Assembly: GCA_963663475.2 (NCBI GenBank)
Contig: CAXXJV010000001.1
Coordinates: 1,952,001-2,016,000, forward strand
Source: Candidatus Cloacimonadales bacterium
GTDB taxonomy: Bacteria; Cloacimonadota; Cloacimonadia; Cloacimonadales; JAFGVF01
Reading direction: 5' to 3'
Length of the DNA: 64,000 nucleotides
Under the pieces are notes generated by a model that saw nothing but the letters and a program-made list of their open reading frames with translations, did no database searches and was not told the origin of the DNA. Below, piece by piece: positions 63,659 to 64,000 of this stretch. Position 1 is the stretch's first letter. The number at the start of each line of letters is the position of its first letter. The position numbers and the translations under genes are program-made.

Positions 63659-64000
63659 CTACTTCATTAAAATAGCTTTATGAACTTTTATTTTGCCATT
63701 ATTAACTAATCTGAAGAAATAAATTCCTGAGGCAACAGCTTTCCCATTATCATCTCTTCCAGTCCATGAAACTTTGTGTTTTCCTGATTGTAAATTACTA
63801 TTCACAAGTTTTTTTACAAGCTGTCCCTTAATATTATATACATATAAAGAAACATGGCTGTCAGTAGCTATCTGGTAGTTGATAGTAGTTTCAGGATTGA
63901 AAGGATTAGGATAGTTTCCTTGGATAGTTGTTGTAGAAACAACTTCGTGAGGATGGTTATCAGTAATTATATCAGATAGTTTTGCTTCTGAATATATGGT
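63659..64000 (-). CDS. 3' end of a secreted protein with C-terminal sorting domain (partial, not in ORF track)
   Basis: The minus frame reads ...GNYPNPFNPETTINYQI...KAVASGIYFFRL...KAILMK*. Confidence 0.9.
   Translation of the reverse strand, partial: TIYSEAKLSDIITDNHPHEVVSTTTIQGNYPNPFNPETTINYQIATDSHVSLYVYNIKGQLVKKLVNSNLQSGKHKVSWTGRDDNGKAVASGIYFFRLVNNGKIKVHKAILMK

Overview
Low-GC bacterial chromosome segment, probably Cloacimonadota or another FCB-group lineage. This is inferred from many secreted proteins ending in the NYPNPFNP...SGIY FlgD-Ig/T9SS-type sorting domain. The left half (1-30 kb) is a rearranged accessory region. It holds three copies of a large secreted-protein gene (5'-partial, fragment, complete) and four copies of a REP-associated tyrosine transposase (RAYT) module with GTAG-REP hairpins, one lying inside the gene. 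It also holds a two-lipoprotein glycine-zipper cassette with a small membrane protein, a group II intron, an IS21 flanked by 160-bp direct repeats, an array of RTGAC-N7-TTTCC sites, an IS4-like element truncating a Type ISP restriction-modification gene, a small tyrosine recombinase and a TerB-dynamin plus dynamin pair. The right half (30-64 kb) has large repeat-rich surface proteins, IS982-like MITEs and long palindromes. It also has a three-gene operon whose last gene appears to be an unannotated selenoprotein (in-frame TGA plus SECIS-like hairpin), two tandem CheB-CheR fusions with a hybrid kinase, and housekeeping genes (Isf-like flavoprotein, sua5, MFS, purE, purK). No CRISPR array, tRNA or rRNA was seen. 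All family assignments come from reading motifs by eye; no database search was run.
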